Positions 8,255 through 17,726 of a stretch of DNA of 64,000 nt are shown piece after piece (the first letter of the stretch is position 1; the number at the start of each line of letters is the position of its first letter). This DNA comes from Minisyncoccia bacterium. Lineage in GTDB: Bacteria; Patescibacteriota; Minisyncoccia; Phycocordibacterales; UBA9973. Under the pieces are notes generated by a model. It saw only the letters and a list, made by a program, of their open reading frames with translations. It was not told where the DNA came from and did not search any database. The stretch lies in NCBI GenBank assembly GCA_041737125.1, contig JBGSSJ010000014.1:1533-65532 (forward strand). Reading direction: 5' to 3'. A program made the position numbers and the translations under genes.

Positions 8255-9955
8255 ATGGAGACAAGAAACTGCCAGAACTGCAAAAATAAGTTCAAGATCG
8301 AACCAGACGATTTTTCTTTCTATAATAAGATAAAGGTACCCCCACCTACTTTCTGTCCACAATGTAGACTTATTCGAAGAATGAGTCATACAAACGAAAG
8401 AGTTCTATATAGGCGTAAATGTGATCTGACAGGTGAAAATATCCTTAGTATGTTTGGAGTAGATGCCGAATTCCCAGTATATAAATCTGAAGCTTGGTAT
8501 TCTGATGATTGGGATCCATATAAATATGGAGTAGATTATGATTTTTCTAAGTCATTTTTTGAGCAATTCAAAGAATTATTACAACGAGTACCTAGAATGG
8601 CATTAGTTAAACAAGGTCTTTCTAAGAATAGTGAATATACACACAGAGTCCATGATATGAAAGACTCTCATATGGTTTTTCGTATGTCTGGTAGTTTAGA
8701 TTCATCTTATTGTTATGTAGGTAGAAATATAACGAATTGCGTTGATTGTCTTAGTATCTGGGATAGTGAGTTGTGTTATGAATGTATAGATTGCAATAAT
8801 TGTTACAAGGTCCGATATTCTCAAGAAAGTCATGATTGCAGGGATTCTTTTTTCTTGTATGCCTGCAGAAATTGTTCAAATTGTATCGGTTGTGTAAACT
8901 TGATTAATCAAACACATTGCATTTTTAATGTTAAATACACAAAAGAGGAATACGAGAAAAAATTAAAAGAGCTTAATTTGGAAACTTATTCTGGACTAAA
9001 AGAATTTAAAGATAATTTTGAACAATTTAGAAAAAAGTTTCCATATCGTTCAAATCACTCTTTGAAGTCCAGTAATTATTCTGGTAATTGGATCGTCAGT
9101 TGTCAAAATGTTAAAGAATCATTTGGTTGTATTAATGTAAAAGATGGCAAATATTTATTATGGATTTTTAATGCACAAGATTGCATGGATCATTTCCAGT
9201 GGGGTAATGGAGCCGAGCTTATATACGAATCAGAAAACGTAGGAATTAATGTTTCAAGGGTAAAGTTTTCTTCTCAATGTTGGATGGGTGCTCATGATTT
9301 GGAATACTGTGATTCTTGCCCTGGGGCGGGGAATTGTTTTGGTTGCATAGGATTAAAGAAGGGTGAATACTCTATTTTAAATAAAAAGTATAGTAAAGAA
9401 GAATACGAAGAATTGCTACCTAAAATAAAGCAGCACATGATCGATGTACCATATGTAGATATTAAAGGATGTCTTTATTCATATGGTGAAAATTTCCCTT
9501 TTGAAATATCACCGTTTGCTTATAATGAAACAGCTGCTATCGACTTCTTCCCGATAACAAAAGAGCAGGCTTTAGAGAGTGGTTATAAATGGAAAGATAG
9601 GGAAAAAACTCAGTATAATATAACTAAAGATTTTACTGATCTCCCTGAAACAATAGCAGAAGTGGGCGATGATATAAAAAATGAAATAATATCTTGCGAG
9701 GAATCAGATGAAGAATATTCACCTGGAGCTTTTAATATTACAGACCAAGAATTAGCTTTTTATAGAAAGATGAATTTACCGCTACCACGAGCTTCTTTCT
9801 CCGTCAGACATATGCGTCGTTTCAAACAACGTCCTCCTCTAAAATTAATAAACCGACAATGTTTGAGATGTGGTATAGATGTTGAGACAATTTATACTGA
9901 AGAATTTGCCCCCATTCTTTATTGTGAATCTTGCTATCAACAAGAAGTGATATAA
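8255..9955 (+). CDS. Cys-rich repeat protein, paralog 2 of 4
   Basis: 566 aa; same architecture (CQNCKNKFKIEPDDFSFYNKIKVPPPTFCPQCR..., CFGCIGLKKGEYSILNKKYSKEEYE, ...YCESCYQQEVI); 7-nt gap from paralog 1. Confidence 0.6.
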   Translation: METRNCQNCKNKFKIEPDDFSFYNKIKVPPPTFCPQCRLIRRMSHTNERVLYRRKCDLTGENILSMFGVDAEFPVYKSEAWYSDDWDPYKYGVDYDFSKSFFEQFKELLQRVPRMALVKQGLSKNSEYTHRVHDMKDSHMVFRMSGSLDSSYCYVGRNITNCVDCLSIWDSELCYECIDCNNCYKVRYSQESHDCRDSFFLYACRNCSNCIGCVNLINQTHCIFNVKYTKEEYEKKLKELNLETYSGLKEFKDNFEQFRKKFPYRSNHSLKSSNYSGNWIVSCQNVKESFGCINVKDGKYLLWIFNAQDCMDHFQWGNGAELIYESENVGINVSRVKFSSQCWMGAHDLEYCDSCPGAGNCFGCIGLKKGEYSILNKKYSKEEYEELLPKIKQHMIDVPYVDIKGCLYSYGENFPFEISPFAYNETAAIDFFPITKEQALESGYKWKDREKTQYNITKDFTDLPETIAEVGDDIKNEIISCEESDEEYSPGAFNITDQELAFYRKMNLPLPRASFSVRHMRRFKQRPPLKLINRQCLRCGIDVETIYTEEFAPILYCESCYQQEVI

Positions 9956-9987
9956 AACAATTAAAAATTACTAATTACTAATTACGA

Positions 9988-11667
9988 ATGGAACACAAAG
10001 AAGAAAATAAAATATGTCAAAATTGTAAAAACTCATTCACAATAGAACCAGATGACTTTTCTTTCTATGAGAAAGTAAAAGTTCCACCACCTACATTCTG
10101 CCCAGAGTGTCGTAGGCAGAGAAGGCTGACATGGAGAACTGAGTTTAATTTTTATAACCGTAAATGTGATATGTGCGAGAGGGACATAATCTCTTCTTAT
10201 CCTGCTCGTTCTACACTTAAGGTGTATTGTAATAAATGTTGGTGGAGTGACAATTGGGATCCAAAATCCTATGAGAGAGATATAGACTGGGGGAAAAGCT
10301 TCTTTGATCAATTGCAGGAATTACGAGAATCTGTACCAGTACTCTCACTAATAAATGACAATAATGTAGGAAGTATAAACTGTGAGTACACTCAGAACTT
10401 TGTCCTAAGTAAGAATTGCTATATGTGTATGGTGGCTTGGCATTGGGATGACTGTATGTATTCTTGTTATGGAGCAGATGCTAGAAATTGTGTAGATTGT
10501 ATGGGGTTATTTGGCTCATGCGAGAATTGCTATGAGAGTATTTTTATTGAAAAGTGTTATGGATGTAAGTTTGTCTACCAAAGTACTTCTATGGTAAATT
10601 CTAGTTTCTGTTTTGATTGTAGGAATTGTGATGATTGTTTTATGTGCACAGGACTTAGGAATAAAAAGTTCTATTTTAAAAACAAAAAATATTCTGAAGA
10701 AGAATATAAAGAGATAGTTAGTAATTATGCTATTCATACTTATACAGGACAACAAAAGGCTATAGAAGAATTTCGTAAATTTAAATTGGAAAATATCCAC
10801 CCATATGCATTCTTGAAAAATTGTACATCTTGTACTGGTGGTTATCTTTTCAACTCAAAAAATTCTCAAAATAGTTATAATGCAAGGAACTTAGAAGACT
10901 GTTATTGTGTGGACACCGGCGATACAATGAAAGAATGTCGCGACATTTCTGTGGGTGGGGAAGCGGAGTTGTGCTATGAAGGTGTGACGCCTGATAATTC
11001 TCATGATACTGCATTTACTAATTATACCTGGAAGAGTAGTAGTTGCTATTATTGTGATTTCTGCCAATCTTGTAATGATTGTTTTGGTTGTGTATCTTTG
11101 AAAAAAGGAGAATACTGTATTTTGAACAAACAGTACTCAAAGGCTGAATATTTAGAAATAAAAAATAAATTAATTGAGCATATGAAATCAAATGGAGAGT
11201 GGGGTGAATTTTTTAGAGCCCGAGATTCTTTCTTTGGTTATAATGAAACTATAGCGAACTTCCACTTTCCACTATCAAAGGAACAAGCACTCCGGGAAGG
11301 TTATAAATGGCAAGATAGTTTACAAATTACAACCGGGAAAGAAACATTGGATATAAGTGCCATAGAGGATGATATTAATAATATAAGCGATTCCATAATT
11401 AATGAGACTATCGCTTGCACTTCTTGCTCAAGGAACTACCGTATTACTGAAAATGAGCTTCTTTTTTATCGCAAAATGAATATACCTTTACCCAGGAATT
11501 GCTTTTTCTGTAGGTTAAATAATAGATTTAATTTCCGTAATCCTTCCAAGCTCTGGCACCGCTCATGCATGAAAGAAGGTTGTAATAATGAATTCGAGAC
11601 AAGCTACGCACCAGAAAGGCCGGAGATAGTTTATTGCGAGAAATGTTATCAACAAGAAGTGATATAA
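9988..11667 (+). CDS. Cys-rich repeat protein, paralog 3 of 4
   Basis: 559 aa; MEHKEENKICQNCKNSFTIEPDDFSFYEKVKVPPPTFCPECRRQRR...; ends ...VYCEKCYQQEVI. Confidence 0.6.
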   Translation: MEHKEENKICQNCKNSFTIEPDDFSFYEKVKVPPPTFCPECRRQRRLTWRTEFNFYNRKCDMCERDIISSYPARSTLKVYCNKCWWSDNWDPKSYERDIDWGKSFFDQLQELRESVPVLSLINDNNVGSINCEYTQNFVLSKNCYMCMVAWHWDDCMYSCYGADARNCVDCMGLFGSCENCYESIFIEKCYGCKFVYQSTSMVNSSFCFDCRNCDDCFMCTGLRNKKFYFKNKKYSEEEYKEIVSNYAIHTYTGQQKAIEEFRKFKLENIHPYAFLKNCTSCTGGYLFNSKNSQNSYNARNLEDCYCVDTGDTMKECRDISVGGEAELCYEGVTPDNSHDTAFTNYTWKSSSCYYCDFCQSCNDCFGCVSLKKGEYCILNKQYSKAEYLEIKNKLIEHMKSNGEWGEFFRARDSFFGYNETIANFHFPLSKEQALREGYKWQDSLQITTGKETLDISAIEDDINNISDSIINETIACTSCSRNYRITENELLFYRKMNIPLPRNCFFCRLNNRFNFRNPSKLWHRSCMKEGCNNEFETSYAPERPEIVYCEKCYQQEVI

Positions 11668-11713
11668 AACAATTAAAAATTACTAATTACTAATTACTAA
11701 TTACTAATTACGA

Positions 11714-13414
11714 ATGGAACACAAAGAAGAAAATAAAATATGTCAAAATTGTAAAAACTCATTCACAATAGAACCAGATGACTTTTCTTTCTATGAGAAG
11801 ATAAAAGTTCCACCGCCTACTTTTTGCCCGGAGTGTAGGAGGCATAGAAGATTCGGCTGGAGGAATTATGTGAATTACTACAAACGAACTTGTGGACTTA
11901 GTGGTGAGTCTCTTATATCACTATACAGTGAAGATTCTGGCATTACCGTCTACTCTCCGAAAGCTTGGCATTCGGATAAATGGGACGCACTTGATTACGG
12001 ACAGGAGTACGATTTCTCTAAATCATTTTTTGAACAATATACACGCTTACTCTATGCTGTGCCCAAGCCAGCTATGGATACTGACGATGGATTACTAAGC
12101 ACGAATTGTATGTATACCAATGACTTTGCTATGGGGAAAGACTGTTACCTGGTGGTGAAAGCTTGGAAGCTTGAGAATGTAATGTATTCATTCTATGTGG
12201 TGAACAGTCGCGACTTGGTAGATGTGCATACTAGCTTTGGTAAGGATGAAGGTAACTATGAGACGGTTAACACAGAGCATTGTTACCAATGTAAATATGT
12301 ATATGATTCTAGGAGTTGCTCGGATTCCAGCTTCTGTTTTGACTGTAGGAATTGTGACCACACCTTTATGTGCACAGGGCTTCGTGGGAAGTCATACTAT
12401 TTTAAGAATGAGGAAGTAGGTAAAGAGAAGTATGAAGAGATTATGAAAGAATATGCACTTCATACTTACTTGGGAGTAGAGAAAGCTAAGAAAGAATTCG
12501 AACCGATGATGTTTAATCATCCCAGGAAAGCAGTTCGAATACTAAATTCTGTTGATTGTTCTGGTGACCTATTAACTAATTGTCATAATTGCAAGAATTG
12601 TTTTCTAATGCTAGATAGTGAGAATTGTCGATATGATAATTATGCTGATGGAGCTCGCGATTCGTATGATACCGATGCCGGAGGAGGATCTGAGCTTGCT
12701 TATGAGTCTGACCTGCCTGCATTCTCTGCGAATATTGTTGGTAGTTATTCTGCTTGGTATTGCCAGGACGTAAGCTATGTGAGTCATATGTATAGGAGTA
12801 AAGACTGCTTCGGGTGTGATGGATTGAAGAATGCACAATACTCTATACTCAATAAGCAATATACGAAAGAAGAATATTTCAATATGCTAGAGAAGATAAA
12901 GAAGCACATGGACGACATGCCTTATATAGATAAGATGGGGAATATGTATAAGTACGGTGACTATTTACCATTGGAATTATCATACTTCCCTTACAAAGAC
13001 ACAGAAGCGATGGAGCTATATCCGCTTGATGATAATGCCTTACTTACGAGGGGATATAAAGAGAAGAAAATAAATGAGAACTCACAAATAATGGAGACAA
13101 TAAAAGCAGAAGACTTGCCAGACTCTATTGATGATGTGTCTGATGATATATTAAGTGAGATAATTCTATCAAAAGGAGGAGAGAAGAAATATAAAATAAC
13201 AGAGCAAGAATTAAATTTCTATCGGAAGTATAGAATTCCACTACCTCGTGAATCTTTTTTCGAAAGGCATGTCCGTAGGCATAAAATGGCAAGTTCATTT
13301 AGGTTATATGAACGAGTAAGTGATAAGTCAGGTGAAGTTGTTCAAAGTTCTTATCCAATAGAAGCAAAGGAAACAGTGTGGAGTGTAGAGGAATATAGAA
13401 AAGAGTTTGAATAG
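11714..13414 (+). CDS. Cys-rich repeat protein, paralog 4 of 4, lacking the terminal CxxC ribbon
   Basis: 566 aa; the first ~42 residues and ~50 nt upstream are near-identical to paralog 3, then diverge; the C-terminus keeps ELNFYRKYRIPLPRESFFERHVRRHK but has no final CEKCYQQEVI. Confidence 0.6.
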   Translation: MEHKEENKICQNCKNSFTIEPDDFSFYEKIKVPPPTFCPECRRHRRFGWRNYVNYYKRTCGLSGESLISLYSEDSGITVYSPKAWHSDKWDALDYGQEYDFSKSFFEQYTRLLYAVPKPAMDTDDGLLSTNCMYTNDFAMGKDCYLVVKAWKLENVMYSFYVVNSRDLVDVHTSFGKDEGNYETVNTEHCYQCKYVYDSRSCSDSSFCFDCRNCDHTFMCTGLRGKSYYFKNEEVGKEKYEEIMKEYALHTYLGVEKAKKEFEPMMFNHPRKAVRILNSVDCSGDLLTNCHNCKNCFLMLDSENCRYDNYADGARDSYDTDAGGGSELAYESDLPAFSANIVGSYSAWYCQDVSYVSHMYRSKDCFGCDGLKNAQYSILNKQYTKEEYFNMLEKIKKHMDDMPYIDKMGNMYKYGDYLPLELSYFPYKDTEAMELYPLDDNALLTRGYKEKKINENSQIMETIKAEDLPDSIDDVSDDILSEIILSKGGEKKYKITEQELNFYRKYRIPLPRESFFERHVRRHKMASSFRLYERVSDKSGEVVQSSYPIEAKETVWSVEEYRKEFE

Positions 13415-13458
13415 CTTTATGTTGCACAATAGTGCTTATTCCGCTAGTATAATCTTAT

Positions 13459-14226
13459 ATGGCTGTGATTATAAAAACTAAAGAAGAGATAGATATACTT
13501 CGCGTTGGGGGCAAGAGATTGGCCTCTATTTTGGCGAAAGTGGCTAAAAAGGTTGCCCCAGGGGTGACTACCAAAGAGCTTGATCTATATGCCTACACAC
13601 TCATAAAAGAAATGGGGGATGAGCCAGCATTCCTAAACTATAAGCCAGAGGGCCAATCGAAGGCTTTCCCGGCCTCTCTTTGTACATCTGTAAATAATGA
13701 AATAGTTCATGGCATACCAGGCGATGAGAAAGTTCTAAAAGAGGGGGATATTATAGCCATAGACTTGGGGCTCAAGCATAAAGGACTTTTTACAGATCAT
13801 GCTATCACTGTGCCTGTCGGCAAAGTGCCAAAGGCATCACAAGTACTGATGCAAAAGACTAAAGAAGCGCTCTGTGTAGGAATAGAACAAGCAAAAGCGG
13901 GTAATACAGTTGGGGACATAGGCTATGCTATAGAGAAATTCGTCGGTGGGAAGTATGGCATAGTCCGCGAACTTTCAGGTCATGGAGTCGGGAAGAAGAT
14001 TCACGAAGATCCATATATTCCTAACTATGGAAAGCGCGGCAAAGGCCAGAAGTTGATCCCGGGTATGGTTGTGGCTATTGAACCAATGCTTAATATCGGT
14101 AAAGCCTCTATCTTAACTACGTCTGATGGATATACGATAAAGACAGCAGATGGTACGCGCTCAGCGCACTTTGAGCACACTGTTCTCATAACAGAAGGCG
14201 AACCAGAGATTCTAACTACAATATAA
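13459..14226 (+). CDS. map: Methionine aminopeptidase type I
   Basis: 255 aa; pita-bread metal ligands and motifs (VHGIPGD, IIAIDLG, HFEHTVLITE); canonical partner of adk in this cluster. Confidence 0.9.
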   Translation: MAVIIKTKEEIDILRVGGKRLASILAKVAKKVAPGVTTKELDLYAYTLIKEMGDEPAFLNYKPEGQSKAFPASLCTSVNNEIVHGIPGDEKVLKEGDIIAIDLGLKHKGLFTDHAITVPVGKVPKASQVLMQKTKEALCVGIEQAKAGNTVGDIGYAIEKFVGGKYGIVRELSGHGVGKKIHEDPYIPNYGKRGKGQKLIPGMVVAIEPMLNIGKASILTTSDGYTIKTADGTRSAHFEHTVLITEGEPEILTTI

Positions 14227-14229
14227 GAT

Positions 14230-14400
14230 TGCTTCAAATTATATAATAAAAAATGGCACGCAAATTTTGAAGCTTAAAATTTAGAAAAGCGAGTTACTGT
14301 AAATTTTATTCGTTTATCCCTACTCAGACTGCGTCTGAGCGCGCGCCCACACCTACTCATAAAATTTACAATAACTCGCCTTTCTTTGCATTCTGTATGA
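14230..14400. repeat. MITE-like compound inverted-repeat element
   Basis: Hairpin gcttcaaatt...aattttgaagc at 14230-14272; near-perfect ~24-bp terminal inverted repeat gaaaagcgagttactgtaaattttat (14284-14311) / ataaaatttacaataactcgcctttc (14358-14385) enclosing the inner hairpin ctcagac-tgc-gtctgag. Confidence 0.4.
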
Positions 14401-14413
14401 TATAATAATTGGA

Positions 14414-17140
14414 ATGGAAGGATTAAATCTAAACAATGCACAGAAATTTAAAACTCCCCAAGAAGAGCTTGAGTTTCTTCGTGCGCATATAGCAGAGAAA
14501 GAGAGAGCCCTCATAGACCAAGGGCAGGAATATTCACGTGAGAACTTGGCTCATGATGTTATTTCTGAATACAAGAAATACGAACCTGAAGATGTCATGC
14601 ACAAAAGTGTGACCATACCACAGCCTGATGTAGAGAATTTCGTTCTACGGCTCCATCCAGAAACTCACGATAATAAAATGGAAGAAATGCTCGGTATATT
14701 ACTTTCGAAAGGCATATCAAGCGCACTATCTATAGTAGGCAAAATGCACAACCCGCACCTAGACGATGATTTCCATAGATTTCTAGTTCAATACCTATAC
14801 AGCACTCACAAAATTCCAGGACTCAAAGAGGGTACTCCACTATTCAAATCTCTCGATATGAAATTATTCGAGATAACACTTCCTGATCCTACAGATGACG
14901 AGAAAGATAAGAAAGGTTTAAAGGAATTACTTTCCGCCATGGAGCAATTCTATGCTGGTATGCATTCTGTCGGTGAAGGCAGACAGAATTTTAATCGTAA
15001 TCACTTCACTCTCGAGATCGCTCTGTCTGAGAACAGTGATCATTTCATATTCTACACAGCAGTACCGTCAAATAAAGCAGATTTATTCGAGAAGCAATTA
15101 CTGGGAGTTCACCCCAATGCCAAGATAATGGAAGCCCCAGATGATTACAATATTTTCGCTGATGGTTCTGCTATTGCTGGCTCATATGCCAAGCTTGCTC
15201 ATAATGAAGTCTTCCCGATCAAGACATACGATACCATAGAGCATGATCCTCTAAATATAATATTGAATGTCTTCACGAAGTTAAAAAAGTCTGGTGAGGG
15301 TGCTTCTGTGCAGTTCACAATTTGTCCGGAAGATGATGACATAATAAAAAAGTTCCATATAATGCTTGGTGATGTGAAGGAAGGCATGTCTGTAAAAACG
15401 GCTGGAAGCCTCACTCGTCAATTCGGTAAAGAAATAGAAAATATAGCAGGAGAATTATTCTTCGGTTCTTCAAAGACTAAAGAGAAGAAAGTAAATGATG
15501 AAGCCGTAGAGAAGATAACAGAGAAGATAAAGAGCACTATCATGGCTTGTAATATACGCATTGTCGCATCTGCTGAAGATTCTAATCGTGCCAAGCAAAT
15601 CCTCTCTGATCTTGAATCATCCTTCAATCAGTTCACTGAAGCCAATAGGAATGGATTTGATTTTAAGCATGTATCAGGGGCAGATTTAGATAAACTTATA
15701 CATGAGTTCTCCTACCGCACTTTCTCACAAGATTACTCCATGCCACTCAATCTCAAAGAGCTTGCTACTATATTCCACTTCCCACATGGCATAGGTTCAT
15801 CTCCACAGCTTAAGCAAGCTCGTGCTGGTATTGCTCCTGCACCTATGGAAATGGGGGTAGAAGGGACCATACTCGGTGTTAATAGTTATCGAGGTAAAGA
15901 TACAGAGATACATTTTGCTCCGGAGGATCGTATGAGACATATGTATGTTATCGGTCAGACAGGTACAGGTAAGACTACAATTATGAAGAACATGATAGCT
16001 CAAGACATAAAGGCAGGCCACGGCGTATGCTATATCGACCCACACGGCACAGATATCCAAGACATACTAAGTTACATTCCGAAAGAGCGTATTGATGATG
16101 TGATTTATTTCGATCCTGCTTATACTCCTCGCCCTATGGGGCTCAACATGCTTGAATATGATCCGAAGTATCCAGAACAGAAGACTTTCGTTGTGAATGA
16201 GCTTATGAACATATTCAACAAACTTTTCGACATGAAGACCTCTGGAGGTCCGATGTTCGAACAGTATTTCAAGAACTCAGCATTCCTGGTGATGGAGCAC
16301 CCTGAGACTGGGTCCACTTTGCTTGAGATTGGACGCGTGCTTGCCGATAAAGAATTCCGTGACATGAAGCTCTCTCACTGTAAGAACCCCATTATTACTC
16401 AATTCTGGAAGAGTGCAGAGCAGACAACAGGTGATCAATCTATTGCGAACTTCGTGCCATATATTACTTCCAAGTTCGACAACTTCATCTCGAACGATAT
16501 CATGCGCCCGGTTGTGCTCCAGCAGAATTCTGTTTTCAATTTCAGAGAGATTATGGATAATAAGAAGATATTACTTGTGAACCTTGCCAAAGGTCGCCTT
16601 GGTGATATAAATGCGAACCTCATAGGTCTCTTAATAGTGAACAAGATTCAGATGGCTGCACTTTCTCGTGTGGATATGTATGGCAAGAAGATGGAAGACT
16701 TCTTCCTCTATATAGACGAATTCCAGAATGTGACCACTGACTCTATCGAGTCCATACTATCCGAGGCACGTAAGTACCGCCTGTCACTCACTGTAGCCCA
16801 CCAGTACATATCACAGCTTGAAGATAATATAAAGAATGCAGTATTTGGTAACGTCGGCTCTATGGCAGTGTTCCGTGTCGGTGCTGAAGATGCGCAATTC
16901 CTTGAAAGTAAATACAAACCAGTTTTCAGTGCAGCAGACATTATGAAGATTGATAACTATAATGCTTATGTGTCTATGCTTATCAAAGGCCAGCCTACGA
17001 AACCTTTCAATATGGCAACACTACGACCACCAACAGGAAATATGGAAATAGTAGAGAAGATTAAAGAGCTTTCATATCTGAAGTTCGGCCGCGAGCGCTC
17101 CGAAGTAGAAGAAGAAATAATGGATAAATATAGGCAGTAA
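14414..17140 (+). CDS. FtsK/HerA/VirD4-superfamily P-loop ATPase (TraG/VirD4- or DUF87-like) with a ~480-aa N-terminal domain of unknown function
   Basis: 908 aa; Walker A GQTGTGKTT, Walker B FLYIDEFQNV, C-terminal ARKYRLSLTVAHQYISQL (the R-K...Q motif of coupling-protein/HerA ATPases); no TM segments. Confidence 0.65.
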   Translation: MEGLNLNNAQKFKTPQEELEFLRAHIAEKERALIDQGQEYSRENLAHDVISEYKKYEPEDVMHKSVTIPQPDVENFVLRLHPETHDNKMEEMLGILLSKGISSALSIVGKMHNPHLDDDFHRFLVQYLYSTHKIPGLKEGTPLFKSLDMKLFEITLPDPTDDEKDKKGLKELLSAMEQFYAGMHSVGEGRQNFNRNHFTLEIALSENSDHFIFYTAVPSNKADLFEKQLLGVHPNAKIMEAPDDYNIFADGSAIAGSYAKLAHNEVFPIKTYDTIEHDPLNIILNVFTKLKKSGEGASVQFTICPEDDDIIKKFHIMLGDVKEGMSVKTAGSLTRQFGKEIENIAGELFFGSSKTKEKKVNDEAVEKITEKIKSTIMACNIRIVASAEDSNRAKQILSDLESSFNQFTEANRNGFDFKHVSGADLDKLIHEFSYRTFSQDYSMPLNLKELATIFHFPHGIGSSPQLKQARAGIAPAPMEMGVEGTILGVNSYRGKDTEIHFAPEDRMRHMYVIGQTGTGKTTIMKNMIAQDIKAGHGVCYIDPHGTDIQDILSYIPKERIDDVIYFDPAYTPRPMGLNMLEYDPKYPEQKTFVVNELMNIFNKLFDMKTSGGPMFEQYFKNSAFLVMEHPETGSTLLEIGRVLADKEFRDMKLSHCKNPIITQFWKSAEQTTGDQSIANFVPYITSKFDNFISNDIMRPVVLQQNSVFNFREIMDNKKILLVNLAKGRLGDINANLIGLLIVNKIQMAALSRVDMYGKKMEDFFLYIDEFQNVTTDSIESILSEARKYRLSLTVAHQYISQLEDNIKNAVFGNVGSMAVFRVGAEDAQFLESKYKPVFSAADIMKIDNYNAYVSMLIKGQPTKPFNMATLRPPTGNMEIVEKIKELSYLKFGRERSEVEEEIMDKYRQ

Positions 17141-17210
17141 TATGGCCATTGCTGTGTAAGCATTTTTCTGCTATTATAACCTTATTATTTAATAACATTT
17201 TAAAGATAAA

Positions 17211-17684
17211 ATGAACCCAACACATGAGAAGTCATTGATAATTATCAAACCAGATGCAGTACAACGCAATCTTATTGGTGAAATCATAAGTAGAGTAGAA
17301 AGAAAAGGATTAAAGATTATAGGAATGAAGATGATGAGCATAGAAGATGCTCTTCTAGAAGAACACTATGCTCACATCAAAGACAAACCATTTTTCCCTG
17401 GTATTCGGGATTTCATGAAGTCATGTCCTGTTATAGTTCTTGCTGTTGAGGGTATTAATGCTATTTCAGCACTTAGATTACTTGTAGGACCTACTAAAGC
17501 TTGGGAAGCTGATGCGGGTACTATACGTGGAGATTTCTCATTATCTACTCAGTCAAACATAGTCCATGCTTCTGATTCTATAGAAAATGGAGAAATAGAA
17601 GTTAAAAGATTCTTTAATTCTGAAGAAATATTCTCTTATCAGAAAATCGATACAGATTTTATTTACGCCGAACACAAGAAATAA
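17211..17684 (+). CDS. ndk: Nucleoside diphosphate kinase
   Basis: 157 aa; IIKPDAVQRNLIGEII..., NIVHASDS active-site His region. Confidence 0.9.
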   Translation: MNPTHEKSLIIIKPDAVQRNLIGEIISRVERKGLKIIGMKMMSIEDALLEEHYAHIKDKPFFPGIRDFMKSCPVIVLAVEGINAISALRLLVGPTKAWEADAGTIRGDFSLSTQSNIVHASDSIENGEIEVKRFFNSEEIFSYQKIDTDFIYAEHKK

Positions 17685-17687
17685 AAA

Positions 17688-17712
17688 TAAAATCCCCGAA
17701 AGGGGATTTTAT
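17688..17712 (+). terminator. Rho-independent terminator after ndk
   Basis: aaaatccccgaaaggggatttt hairpin plus T-run. Confidence 0.7.
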
Positions 17713-17726
17713 GATAATATAGCCAT

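Noticed and set aside
8171-8389. Minus-strand 72-aa ORF spanning the junction of Cys-rich paralogs 1 and 2
   Set aside because: It is antisense to two tightly linked genes and is likely spurious.
9956-11713. Short tandem repeats (TTACTAA heptamers) considered as a possible CRISPR array
   Set aside because: Units are 7 nt and contiguous with no spacers, and no cas genes are nearby. This is simple tandem-repeat slippage, not CRISPR.
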